A DNA stretch of 64,000 nucleotides from assembly GCA_951406725.2 (NCBI GenBank), contig OX597822.1:84196001-84260000 (forward strand), written 5' to 3'. This DNA is from Octopus vulgaris (lineage: Eukaryota). A model generated the notes under the pieces. That model was not told where the DNA came from, searched no databases, and saw only the letters and a list, made by a program, of their open reading frames with translations. Shown piece by piece: positions 39,313-53,085 of this stretch. Numbering within the stretch: the stretch's first letter is position 1; each line of letters begins with the position of its first letter. The translations under genes and the position numbers were made by a program.

Positions 39313-39794
39313 TGAAAAACTTTTGCACTGAAGAATGAAAACAAACATTCCTAAAATGGTAAATTTCCTTTGCCAATTGTCTACGAGATAACAGTACTCC
39401 CTGGCAAGTAGCAAAGCCTGGATCTGCCATAGTGGTGGCCTCTCAACAATTCTTTGGCACTTATAAGTCTTTGAGGTTTCGATTTTAACTGACAAATACG
39501 GAGTTGAAATTCATTTACAATCTAGGCTAATTTGCATAATTAAAATAAAAATCAGCTAATTTATCTTTGATCTTTTACTTGTGCCAGTCATTAGACTGCA
39601 GCCATGCTGGAGCACCACCTTGAAGAATTTTAGTCAAACGAATCGACTCCAGTACTTTTTTTTTTTGAGCCAGTCACTTATTCTAAAGGTCTTTTTTGCC
39701 GGGCTGCTAAGTGACCTGGCCGTAAACACATCAGCACCGATTGTCTAGCGGTGGTGGAGACAAACACAGGCACAAAGACGCGCGCACGCACGCA

Positions 39795-39904
<110 letters not shown>

Positions 39905-41752
39905 TATATATGCGACGGGCTTCTTTCAGTTTCCACCTACCAGATCTACTCACAGCGCTTTGAGCGGCCCGAGGCTATAGTAGAAGACAACTTTCCCAAG
40001 TTGCTACACTCTGAGATTAAACCTGGGACCATGTGCTTGGGAAGCAAACTTCTTACTACAGAACCATTTGAGTGGCCTTCGGCACGAACTTGAGCATCGA
40101 GTGGCCCTCAGCACGAACTTGAGCATTGAGTGGTTGGAGTGCTTACGACCTGTGCGAGTGTAACTATCGGCTATGTTTGTAGTATGGGGTGAACTGATTG
40201 AGGAATTGTGAACTGATTGAGGAATTGGCAATAATATCGTTTGTTGTACAACACACACACTGTCTCTTCTGGAAACGATTAGTTATTTCTAACTAGTTCT
40301 ACCAGTTTAGATATAAATGGATATGTTGTTGTGGTTGATCACTGAAAACCAGTGATCAAATGTATCCGCCCATGACCCACCCCACGTCTTTTATTTTTTG
40401 TAGACTTCATTAACCAATGTATCCATTTTGGCAGGAGCTTTGGACAAAATCCTTTGCCGGATTTCTTACGTTTGTTTATATTCTAAAGGCAAATACTGCC
40501 AAGGTAATTTATCCTGAGTTCGATCCTTGGCTGAATGCCGCATCGTGTGTGTGAAGACGCGTAGCTTAGTGGTCAACTAATTCGACTCACAATCGTAACA
40601 TCTTGAATTCGATTCCTTGAGCAAGTTACTCCAGTCCACTCAGTAGGCAAAAATGAGTAGTACCTGTAATTCAAAGGGGGCCACCCTTGTCACGTCCAAT
40701 GTCACGCTGCATCTCTCTGAGAGCTACTTTAAAGGTACGCGTGTATGTGGAGTACTCAGCCACTTGTACGTTAATCTCGCTAACGAGCTATTCTGTTGAT
40801 TGGATCAGCTGGAACATTCGTCGTCGTAATTGACGAAGAACCTGTGTACTGTGTACTTAAATACAACACTCAGAAAATGAGTGCCGATCGAGCACCATTG
40901 CAACCCTCTCTTCTCTACGATGTCATGTCGGCAATATTCCGTTGCATCAAGGATGAGAACACCGAGCGGAGGTCTGTGTCTGCTTACGATAACTTTGGCA
41001 CCTAAAGTAATTAGCTGTTTTTTTACTTTATTATGCATGCTAGTCAACGGTATGAAAAATTTTCTAAATTTTCTACACTTATTATTTTCACAGTAAAATT
41101 TTCATAATTTCAAAGCCTTTCTGGTACGCAGTTTTAATTTTATTATTATTTGCTACCGAATGCAACTGTGCTTGCATGGTAGATTTGAAAATATAATGTA
41201 TAAGTGTGCAGCACACATGTGTTTTCCGTACGTTTTAGCTACATATTTATATATTAGTTTTGGCGACCCCACTGATGAAGTACAAATGACAGATTAATTT
41301 ATTTGTTCATTAATACAGAAACTCGAGTTTGGGGTTAACTATAAAAATATTTTTTTTATTTTCATTCTCTTTGAAATTACTTTTGTTCATGGTTTGAGCT
41401 TTGACTACCCTTTCTAGCATGTAAGGTGTCCCGTCAAAGCTCACCGCTTTCGTGTATAAATACATAAATTGTTTATACACTATTATATATGAAAATAAGT
41501 TGACTATTGACATTATTACGCATGCTAGCCACCGGTATGAAAATTTTTCTAAATGTTCTACCCTTATTATTTTCAAATATATATATAAGCAAATGAATAA
41601 CAGACGATGGATAATTGTCAGCTCATTACAGGTGTTTTTAAATAGAATGAAACAACTGGAATATACTATTTGATACTTATCAACAAAAAGCGGTGACCAG
41701 CGGTCTATCAACTTGCTGCATATATTTTCAAGTACCCGATTCTGTCTGAATC

Positions 41753-41814
<62 letters not shown>

Positions 41815-42140
41815 AGAGGTGCTGAAAACTACAAGAGAGAGAGACGGACTGACAGACAGGTAGACAGACAGGCAGGTAGGCAGGCAGGCAGGCAGGCAGG
41901 CAGACAAAGTAGTACACAGAGAAACCGAGAGACGCAGAAAGAGAGAGAAAAAAGAAAGACACACATACACACACACGCACACACACAGACATACACACAC
42001 AAACAAACAGAACTTGTATATTTGAAGGAATACGTATGGACGGTCATCATATTCGCCATTGTCTTTTGACCTGATACAGAAACGGAAATATGATGGAGGG
42101 AATTAAATTTAAGCCACAGAAATCAACCAAAGCTACTTAC

Positions 42141-42284
42141 TGGTATTTCTCTTTCCATGTCGCTGAAGGTCACAGAAACCATTTCCAACAAACGAACTCC
42201 GCATTGTGGCCCTTGCTTGAGTTCTGGGTCTTGATCAAAGTAGTCACACACCAGAACCAGTGACGACAAAATAGTTGTGTATTT
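42141..42284 (-). CDS. Coding exon 2 (KYTTILSSLVLVCDYFDQDPELKQGPQCGVRLLEMVSVTFSDMEREIP)
   Basis: Acceptor tttcattgacag|, donor CCA|GTAAGT, 144 nt open, phase 0->0 matching exon 1. Confidence 0.85.
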
Positions 42285-42403
42285 CTGTCAATGAAACATC
42301 GACAACATATGAACGAGATGATTCTTTATTTTGTTCAACAGTCAAGAAAACGTTATACATGCATGTGAATTAAATAGAAAGATAGAAAGATAGATATATA
42401 TAT

Positions 42404-42500
<97 letters not shown>

Positions 42501-42572
42501 TAAAGAGAGGGGGAGAGAGAGGTAGAGATAGATAGACAGAAAGACAAGTAGTTAGGCATGTTGATAGGTAGG

Positions 42573-42680
<108 letters not shown>

Positions 42681-42703
42681 TAAACAGACAGACAGACAGA
42701 CAT

Positions 42704-42780
<77 letters not shown>

Positions 42781-42783
<3 letters not shown>

Positions 42784-43050
42784 CTTTCTTTATTGGCCAC
42801 ACAAGGCTGAACACAGAGGGGACAAATACAAATGTAGGGCTTTTCTTTTCGAAAATGGAAAAGGAAAAGGAAAACAAGGGAACAAATGTAAAATTCCGAT
42901 CAAAAGGGATCGGGGGGAAAAAGCGATCAAAAGGGATCGTGTATCACAGAAAGAAATTCTTAAAAAGTAAGAAACAAGATTAGGTTTATTCGTGGAAAGA
43001 AAATCCTATGGAAAAGTCCAAGGTAACCTCAGGCAGGGAGGAAATAAATA
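42781..43050 (-). mobile_element. 3' end of a LINE-like element abutting (GATA)n
   Basis: tttctttattggccacaca..ggctg..acacaga.gggacaa..gatcaaaagggatcg is also at 28097-28360 and 27887-27915. In each, AATAAA sits next to (TCTA)n. Confidence 0.6.
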
Positions 43051-43192
43051 CATGAGAGCAAAGTGCTCTCTCTCTCTCTCTCTCTCTCTCTCTTTACGAT
43101 TTACAGGATCATGCTCAAAGTGGTTTCGTCGCTCGCACGCACCAACTTTGCTACATTCACCCACCTTTTTTTGAAACTTTCACGAAAAGAAA

Positions 43193-43277
<85 letters not shown>

Positions 43278-43317
43278 CAGATGATAGATAGGTAGATAGA
43301 TAGATAGATAGACAGAT

Positions 43318-43407
<90 letters not shown>

Positions 43408-44078
43408 GTTTTTTTCATATTGAAACAATTGATTCGAGCGAAATCTTAAATTAGTATTTATTAATTTCTGTAATTTTTTTTTTTTTTGTAGATCAATGAG
43501 AACTAATCCAGGCGGGATTTGAACTCCGCAATATGTAAAGGTGCATGGTAATACTAGATTACGATTCACTGTATACATTCAGTGGAACAACTTATGAATG
43601 CTTTTGACATCCTCGTATTGAATCGATTCATGGGCGTGATTGGTAGTTCTTCGAGCCCGGAAAGAAGAAAAGCAAAGTTGACTGGATTCGCAGTTAAACT
43701 AAACGAAAGCAAAGATGGTAATGTATTCAGTCTTGCGCTCCACCGCCTCTGATAACTGGTTGCCTCTGATATTTTTTATAATAACTCGTTTATTAAGTTT
43801 CTCTCTACAGAAGAAATACAGCAACAATGTAATACAAAACATTTGATTGTGTCTTCAGGGGAAAAAAATGCAAAAATACTAAAAAAAAGAAACACGAAAT
43901 GAGAGAAAATAATAAAATAAATAAATATTTCTGCTTCAAAGAAAAAGCAGAACGAATTTTGTTTTCGTTTACTCGTTGTTGTTGTTGTTGTTGTTGTTGC
44001 CGCTGTCGTCGTCGTTGTTGTTATTGTTTTTGTAATTGATGTTGTTATTGTGTGCGTGTGCGTGTGTGTGTGTGTGTT

Positions 44079-44152
<74 letters not shown>

Positions 44153-46454
44153 TATACGTGTGTCCTTTAAAAAGTTTTTGAAGAAAGATTAATGACAAAG
44201 ATAGACAGGAGAACAAGTAACTCATTCCGAACATACTCCACCATTTTAGCTGAACTAACTAGGTAGAGAAGCGATAAGAATATTACAGATCTAAATTAAT
44301 GGAGATGAGGGACTATTAAATTCTTATGAAATGGCATCTGAGCATAACGAAAGCCGTAGACTGTATAAAAAATCGTTTCTACGATAAATTAATTACAGTT
44401 ATATGCATTTTGAGTTGTGATGGCCGTGATAGCAGGATCAGGATATATTCCAAGTAGTATTTACTCTCGTGTTGCTTCCAAATTCAAAGCTTGCTGCCGT
44501 CCTTAAGCCTCGTTTTCACTAGTGAGAAGTAGTGTGCTGTATATGGTGTGCATCGTCGCCAGTATTTAGCGTTTGAGTTCTTCTCTAAATGTGATTCAAA
44601 CTGGTTTGCTTCTGCACAAGACATTAAAAGCGTGTTGTTGCCGTATTGTATTCTATTCATGGGTCGACGATGGTGTAATCTTTATATCAATATGAGGTTT
44701 ATGCTAAAGAAAATTAATGGTTAGGCCTTGTGAAGTGTAAGCATCATTGAAAACACGATTTCTTCTGAGAACATGAAAGGTCCTCCATAGCGTACACCTA
44801 ATTTCTAATGACAAAGTAAGGTTATGTCTATCTGTTCAGAAAAAAATCGTAATAATACAGAGGGGAGCTGGGTCAACAAAGATAGGTAAGATGAGATAGG
44901 GGATGAGATGTTTGTGTCTCAGATATGAATAAGAAGTGTAATTTGTATATTTGTGTTTCGAAGAGTCAATAGTGCAGTGAGGTTCACGGATGTTGTTTAA
45001 AAGGAAAGAGAATTATCAAGCAGACTGTCTTCCTTTTTATTTTTTATATATACACTTCGCCATGATTGTTTAGTTCCAAATCAGCCCAGAGCAAGCAAAT
45101 TTAAGATCAAAAACGATTCTAAGAGGAACTATTTCAGAATTTTATATATCGGGGACTAAATTTTATCCTTCTTTTTAAGACGTTCGATGTGGTGGTTTGA
45201 AGGAAGTTTGGTTGATATTTCGATCTGGTTGAGTGACTACGTAGAGAGTTCTTTGTTCACCTGGTTGTAGGAAAAGGGATATATATGTAATGGAGAAAAT
45301 GAAGGGAAAACACTTGCAGTCAGCCCTTATATTGATCCGAAAGAGAAACCAAGTTTGAAAACAGAGGTCTCCAGTGGGCCTCTCTCAGGATCATATTTTG
45401 CTGGGAAGTGAGTACCATTTACAAACTGGATGTGAAAAGCATATGGGATTACGTATCAGCTCTTTGTAGAATAGCCTCTTTTGAAGTGTTGCTTGACCTC
45501 TTCATATCAGATCAACAACAGATTACAGGTTTTCAAGGCTGACAGAAGTATAGCTAAAAGCAAAATGTGTATTGAAAAATATGTCAAAGAACAAGTAAAA
45601 TCAATCACCCGATTGGATAATCAATCCGATCCAAGGCCTTCCCAGTGATTAGCGGCAAAAATATTCATGGAAAGTAATTTCTCTTAAATCCTAATCGTTA
45701 AGAAGATTGTACATCAGGTTCCTTTTCCGTTTGTGTCTATCAACCAATAAATATACACAACGGATGACTTTGTCACTGATTACAATATCTAAGAGGGAAC
45801 ATCTACGTTAGTCACGAGAGCAGCTTTAAAAAGTGAAATAACTAATTTGGTAGATTTTGATATTCCTAATTGGAAATATAAACTGTCCATTTTCTATTAA
45901 AATTCATTAACTGAATGCAAGTTTCAATTACTGCGATTTTAATATCATATCTCTTGAATCTGATATATAAACTCACTGTTCTAACATCTTGTCGTAGCCA
46001 ACATTCCAAGGAAACTACCTTTCTCTTAGCACATCAAGCAAAATGCTTAGCGGTATGTTTACATCCCGAGTTCAAATGTCGTTGAGGCCGACTTTATGTT
46101 TCATCATTTTGAATAGGGTCGTTAAAATAAATACCTGTTAAGTACTAGGGACCTTGTAATCGACTTGCCCCCTATCTTCAAAATTATTGGCCCTGTGCCA
46201 ATAGTAGCCGAAAAGAATATATATTCACGGCTGGTGCTGTTATTCTGACAGATGTTTCGATTTTTACCATTGGTGACAAGAGAGAGGGTTTTACCTCAGA
46301 AGGCACAGAGCCTTACATCGACCCCAAAAGGGAGAAAAGCAATTACGACTTGGGCGGAATTCAAAATGCAGCAAGTTGGAACAAATACTGCAAAAACATT
46401 CAAACCGACGCTTTAACGACTCCGACACCTCACCATCCAACATCAATATTCTAA

Positions 46455-46668
46455 GGCGGCGAGCTGGCAGAATCGTTAGCACGCCGACCAAAATGCTTAG
46501 CGGTATTTCGTCCATCTTTACGTTCTGAGCTCAAATTACGCTGAAGTCGACATTGCTTTTAATCCTTTCGGGGTCGATAAAATAAGTACCAGTCGAACAC
46601 TGAGGTCGGCGTAATCAAATTATTTCTTTTCCCCCGAATTTTCTGGCCTTATACCAATATTTGAAACC
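46455..46668 (+). mobile_element. tRNA-derived SINE family B. Other copies: 12570-12660, 15680-15860, 26716-27080, 46040-46200 on +; 22961-23172, 34180-34375, 46290-46435, 63597-63808 on -
   Basis: ggcggcgagctggcagaatcgttagc..gagttcaaattccgccgaggtcgactttgcctttcatcctttcggggtcgataaa recurs across the window. Confidence 0.85.
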
Positions 46669-47272
46669 GATATTAATACCCTGAACAAGATTTTACTAGT
46701 ATGTTCATGTTTTGGTGGTTTTTCTTTATACATTTTAATTCGAAGTAAGGGAATCCGGAGATGAAATAAAACACGAGTGGTTCGTATCCTTCATTTCACG
46801 TAAATCACACAGTTTTAAATCATTAATAACATCAGGGCTGGTTAACAATTTGTCTGTCAAAACATCAACCGGGCGAATCGATACAGAGCACATGCAGCAG
46901 ATGGTCGACACAAACGAGACAAAAACTAATGACATGCTGAAATACAAACATCAGTGTTACTCCATTCTGAATATTTTAGATATTATATTACAATTTGACG
47001 TTATCAGAATTTAATGGAAGAGGCCGGGAAATGCAGCTGTCCAAATCGTAAGGAAGACGGTTTCTCAAATTATTGTTCGTATAAATACTATCGCTAAGAC
47101 AGCATTTAATGATGGAATGGTATACAGGTTCAACATTTTCTAGGTCAATGCAGACTCTACAAATTTCTCTGCAAGTTTATAATGTAGATGTTTCCGTGCG
47201 TAAAGCCATTTGGCCATGACATAAAACACATTATACACACATATGTATATGTCTGTATATACATACACATAC

Positions 47273-47328
<56 letters not shown>

Positions 47329-47338
47329 GTACATATAT

Positions 47339-47382
<44 letters not shown>

Positions 47383-47508
47383 TGTACATTAAAACACATT
47401 AAGAGGCTTCTAAATAGGAAAGCCTTGTGCTAGAAAGAGCAGTAGAAAACTCAAACCACTAATTAGGGATAAATTCTCGAAAGGAATGAAAATTAAAAAT
47501 ATTATGTT

Positions 47509-47581
<73 letters not shown>

Positions 47582-48964
47582 GTACATATAAATATATGTA
47601 TGTATATATATATACATATAAATATATATATATATATATATGTATGGGCAGGTGCATAGGGGGATGTGGGTGAGTGGGTGGATGTGTGTTGGTGGGTGAG
47701 TATATTAATTTTATTTCATAAGAAATTAAAAACTTCGAAAGACATGAAATAATTGATTGTTAATGGTTGCACTTGAAGAAAATAAAGTTATAAATAAGAG
47801 CGTGTAAATACTGATTTTGGATAGAAAAAATGCCAAAAACCCTTTGGATAGAAAAATGCCTGGTAAGGACAAAGCTTCTAAAATGGGATCTGAATTTCGA
47901 AGGATTGGTTTGGTTCAATGGTAGAACGTCTGTCACGTTAAGCATGTAAATATTGGATTTTTTAATCCAATATTTATATGCTATTATTTATAGCTTTATC
48001 TACTTCGAGTCTTACCCTCAAAAACTTATTATGTATATGTTCTCTGCGTGAGTGTGTGTGTGTGTGTGTGTGTTTAAACAAAACTGAACTAAGAGAAATA
48101 ACTCAGAGTGGCCAGTGGCATGTATTTGAACAACATACAAAACACAGGTATATCAGATACAATACAGACTACTCATATTTTAAAAAATTAAATTTCAAAA
48201 ATGCCACAGGAAAATAAAACGGTGCTTTTTGAATTAAAGTACTCAGTAAATCTAGTCAACTGCAGTCAAACTGTTCTTGCTACGGCCATCCATTTTTCTT
48301 TCTTTTTCTTTTCTTTTTTTTTTTTGGTGAGGGTATATCACAGATTACATAGTCTAACGTGAATCCTCTCCTTTCTTCAAATGGTAGAATGTGAAATGAG
48401 AGAAATTTGACTGCTATTCCGAGTAAATTGAACTACTATTTGCGAGTTTCATTGTATAAATCGCAAATGTTTGGTGTAACAAAAGATGGGAAGAACAAAT
48501 CCCAAAAAGTGGTTGCTTTTCCTTAACGCAACCGGCTTCGTTTATTCACTTCCTAAATGATCAGCTATCCGACTGGCAAAATTATAGTCATCATTAAACA
48601 TCGTATCATATTGATTTACTTTCTTAGTCTCAGTCATTATACAGACGCCATGCTTCTACACTGTTCTCTTGACTTATTCCTTTGGCCTATATTAACCAAT
48701 TGGCTAATTTACATTTTTGACACAGAGAATCCTGTCATAGAAGACGGATGAGGCTTCCGCAATTTCTTGAACAAGCTGCGCAATAATCAAATATTTGTGC
48801 TATGTGTTAGCTCACTCCTTCCATCAAGCTGACAGTACTTGTACTGGTGCACAAGTCTACCACACGTCGGCTGCTGAAGCGATCACCGAGCAACATGAAA
48901 TAAAGTGTCTTGCTCAAGAACACAACGCACTGTCTGGTGTGAGGATGTTGCACTCCCGATGGCG

Positions 48965-48997
<33 letters not shown>

Positions 48998-48999
48998 AT

Positions 49000-49113
<114 letters not shown>

Positions 49114-49125
49114 CAGGCATATATA

Positions 49126-50388
49126 CAAGGTGCGTAAGGTATTTGAGGACATACCATTTTTGGATCACAGCAGCATTTTTTGCTAACTCTGTATAATCTT
49201 TTTTTTTTCAGAAAATAATAATGGAAGACCCTCAGCTTACCCAAGAAATGAAGAGACATGATGTTATTGTGGTTATAAAGGCTAAGCATAGGGATTTAGA
49301 AATATCTCAATTTTTAAAAGTTGCCAGATCTTTCGTTTACAAAGCGTATAAGGAGCTAGAGACTGACGATGGAAACGTATCACCAATATCAAAGCATTAA
49401 AAAAAACATTCTAAACGCTCTAAAACCATCGGAACACCTGAATTCATCCAGCAAATTCAACAGACCATTGATTACAATCCCAGAAAGTCCCTGAGGTCAG
49501 CTGCAAAAAATATCCATGTATCAGAAGGAAGTCAGAAACGTTGTCCACGAAGACATCAGATATAAGTTTTATATGATGAGGAAATGTCAATTTGTTAGAA
49601 AAAGCAAAAGAAAATCACTACATCAGATCTAAAAGGCTCTTAAACAAACTGAAAAATCCAGCAGAAGATTTGATTTGTTTTTTCACAAACGAGACAAACT
49701 TCGACCAAGATCAAAAAGTTAACAGAAGAAATGATAAATGGTTATGTGCAGACTCTTCTGAAGTTCCAAGCGTTATGCATACAAAATTTCTTGCAACTGT
49801 CATGGTTTTAGAGATTGTCAGCAATGAAGGACATGTGATGCCTCCTTACTTCTTTCCACAAGGCCTTAGAATTAACTTTGCCAACAACAGTGAGGTCCTG
49901 GAAATAATTGTTAATCTCTGGATAGACAATGTATGCAATGTAAAGCCATATGTGTTTCATTAAGACCTTGCACTATCACATATAGCTCTAAACACAGGAA
50001 TGGGTGGCTGAAAGTTTTCATGGTCATAGAACCCCTAACATTTGACCTCCTAATTCCCCACATCTCAATTCATTGGACTATTACATGTGGAGCGTTGTTG
50101 AGAGAGAGGTCAATAAACATGCCCATGACACTAAAGATTCTTTGAAAGCTGCCATAGTCAGAGTAATGTCCAAAATGAACCAGGCCTACTTGGTTCAAGC
50201 ATGTAAATGATTTAGATCTCATATAGAAGCAGTTATTGAAGCTGATGGTGGCTTCATTGAATAACATTATAGAAAAGAAGGTTTATTTTTATCCTCATAA
50301 CATTTTTTGATAAATAAAGTTATTACTTGTTATTATATATGTTTTATTTATAAACATAAATCTGTCCTCAAATATCTTATGCACTCTG
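49126..50388 (+). mobile_element. Full-length decayed Tc1/mariner element, maT/DD37D-like
   Basis: TIRs caaggtgcgtaaggtatttgaggaca / tgtcctcaaatatcttatgcactctg with TA on both flanks. Broken transposase 49221-50263 (FFTNETNFDQDQKVNRRND, YVFH*D, PNSPHLNSLDYYMW, EADGGFIE*). Confidence 0.9.
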
Positions 50389-50399
50389 TATATATATAT

Positions 50400-50432
<33 letters not shown>

Positions 50433-50446
50433 GGGAGGGAGAGAGT

Positions 50447-50560
<114 letters not shown>

Positions 50561-50709
50561 TCTTAATATGTTTTAACAAAATCACTGGCAAATCGCAAAC
50601 CCCAGTGCCTGTTCTGGCACTGTTTTTCTGTACATCTCTTGCTCGGAGATGAGTCACTGCTATCACCAGCAGTCGAGCATTCATTTTGAGACTCAGTGTG
50701 TGTGTGTCT

Positions 50710-51227
50710 GTGTAAAGTCAAAATATTCTCATTGTATAACACAATGGTAAAGGAGTATGTGTGTGTGTGTGTGTGTTTGTGTGAAGTCGAAATACCTTCA
50801 TAGTATAACACAATGGTAAAGGAGTGTGTGTGTGTTTGCGTGTGAAGTCATGATATTCTCATTGTATAACACAATGGTAAAGGAGTGTGTGTGTGTGTGT
50901 GTGCTTGTGTGTGTGTATGTGTGTGAAGTCAATATATCCTCATTGTATAACACAATGGTAAAGCAGTATGTGTGTGTGAGCGTGTGTGTGTGGAGTCGAA
51001 ATATCTTCATAGTACATTATTTACATTATTTACATTTGACGGATATTTGTCCTCATCTTGTTTGTTGTTAACACAACGTTTCGGCTGATATACCCTCCAG
51101 CCTTCATCAGATGTCTTGGGGAAATTTCAAACCAGGGTTCCCATTCCTGGGTTCTCATCTCTTAAACATAGAATTGCATTATCTTCATAATATGACACAA
51201 TGTAAAAGGAGGGTGTGTGTGTGTGTG

Positions 51228-51268
<41 letters not shown>

Positions 51269-51305
51269 GTCAAAATGTCCTCATATTATAACACAATGGT
51301 AAAGG
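50710..51305. repeat. Minisatellite: ~40-bp hairpin-containing unit alternating with variable (TG)n
   Basis: gaagtc(a)aaatattctcattgtataacacaatggtaaaggag, about 7 copies. Interrupted at ~51015-51175. Confidence 0.85.
51070..51115 (-). ncRNA. Minimal type I hammerhead ribozyme motif in a PLE-type 3'-end fragment
   Basis: Reverse complement GACAU-CUGAUGA-A-GGCUG-gaggguauau-CAGCC-GAAA-CG-UU-GUGUU. Perfect core, 5-bp stem II, palindromic AACGUU. Confidence 0.78.
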
Positions 51306-53085
51306 CGCCTGGCCTAGAGGTTAGGAGTATTGCTCTCTCGATCGTGAAATCGTGGTTTCGATTCCCAGACCGATCGCGCCTTGTGTTCTTGAGCAAGGCA
51401 CTTCATTTCATGTTGCTCCCGTCCACTCAGCTGCAAACTGGTAACCGAGGGATGAAGTAATCTTCCAACCAGGGGCAAATGTTGACCAGCTCGCCCAACC
51501 AGCGCAGAGATATCGTTCGAAAGCTAAAAGAATGCAAAGCACATTGTGACTAGCGATGTGTAACAACATCTGATAGTCGATCATCTGATCACGTGATAAC
51601 ATTCCACAAAGCTCGAGTGAATCCCACAATAGTGAAGCGCTCCCACATCCGGGCAGTGTTTGTTGTAGCTACGGACATTCCGGATATCCGAACAGCCTAC
51701 AGGGAAGTGTTAGTTGACTGAATGGCTTTTAATCATCAACGAACTCCTATTAACTTCTAGTTGCAGGCGTTCTGCCCCGACTCTCTTTTTTTTTTCTATT
51801 GCTATAATAATTGCCTCGCTCCTTCAGAGATGGCTAATCTTATATATCTTCCACTCACCCATCCCACCCCCGACCTACTTGTCTCCCCCGCCACTTTTGC
51901 CAAACTTGTTACGGCCCCACCCTTGTACCAGACTGACCACTCTTAGTCCACCTCCTTAAAAAGATCTCTCTTCCTCTGGAATCCTTTCTGCGATGCTCAT
52001 GTCTTTCTGGCATGTGTTGACCTACAGCAATTTAAGCAGAACGCTGATGGCATCGAGTTCGAAGAGTCCCGAAGGACCAGAAAAAGTCATGAGCACTGCC
52101 CCGTCCGCAAAACTCAGTAAATAAAAAAAATATGCTTAACAGAGCAATAATAACAACAACAATGTTGGTACCTTTGTGTAGCAGCTTGATCTGATAAAAA
52201 GTGTTGATAAAGAACGTTTTCAGTCGAAACACCAAACGCAGTCAACGATGAAATGAAGCGGAACAACAAGAAGCAGCAATGGTCACTTTGATATCTCAAC
52301 AACCAATCCAAAAAATGAACGGGGAAAATGTACTAAAGATATAGATTGATTCTTTTCGAATTATTGTTAGCTAGTAAATTGACAACAGGTTAGTGCGAGA
52401 GTCTCCAGATGACCCTCACTCACCTTGCTAAAAATAACCGCAAAATCTTATGATAATCCCATCCTACTGTCTGAAATAAGAGGAAGGTACATTGGAGAAT
52501 ATTACCCACTATTTCCTTTTTTTTTTTTTACTCTTTTGAAGTCCTTGAAATGCATTCCATGTCTCACGGAACCGATAGGTTAAAATTATTATATATCTTT
52601 AAGAATTATTATATATTTTAATAATTTATAGGCTTTTCACAAAGTTAAAATTCACAAGGGATTAAAAATTAATTAAATATCTTTTAAAGGGTTACAACTG
52701 CTAAGGCTATCAAGCATCACAAAGGTTTTAGAAATTTCCTCTTAACCAACTTTCTTCATAATGTTTCCTTGCTACTTACAGAGGAGAGGATTTCCCGAGC
52801 GAGTATTCTATACAGGTATAATATAATTACAGGTTATAAGAAGTAAACACGAAAATAACTCCAAGATCCAGCTGCTTATAATTTCTCCATTTATCACGAT
52901 TCTGCATAGCAAACTGCCACGAAACACTAGGACTCCGGAAAAGCTTGTTATGAAGTACAGATTTAAATCCAGATACTCTTGAAAACACTGGATGATCATG
53001 GTTAATCAAGGCTGAGCGGAGGCTAAACTAAAACACCAACAACAACCAACAATATTCAATTCCCACTGAACAGAACCGAACTCAC

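Noticed and set aside
40805-41001. Candidate exon after an aattactttag acceptor
   Set aside because: The phase-0 reading required after exon 2 stops within six codons, and there is no good donor.
46735-46947. Candidate extra exon after a tttgtatttcag acceptor
   Set aside because: The phase-0 frame hits TGA with only a weak donor. Exons 1 and 2 join cleanly without it.
50710-51305. CRISPR-like repeat/spacer appearance
   Set aside because: Eukaryotic context, spacers are low-complexity (TG)n of irregular length, and there are no cas genes.
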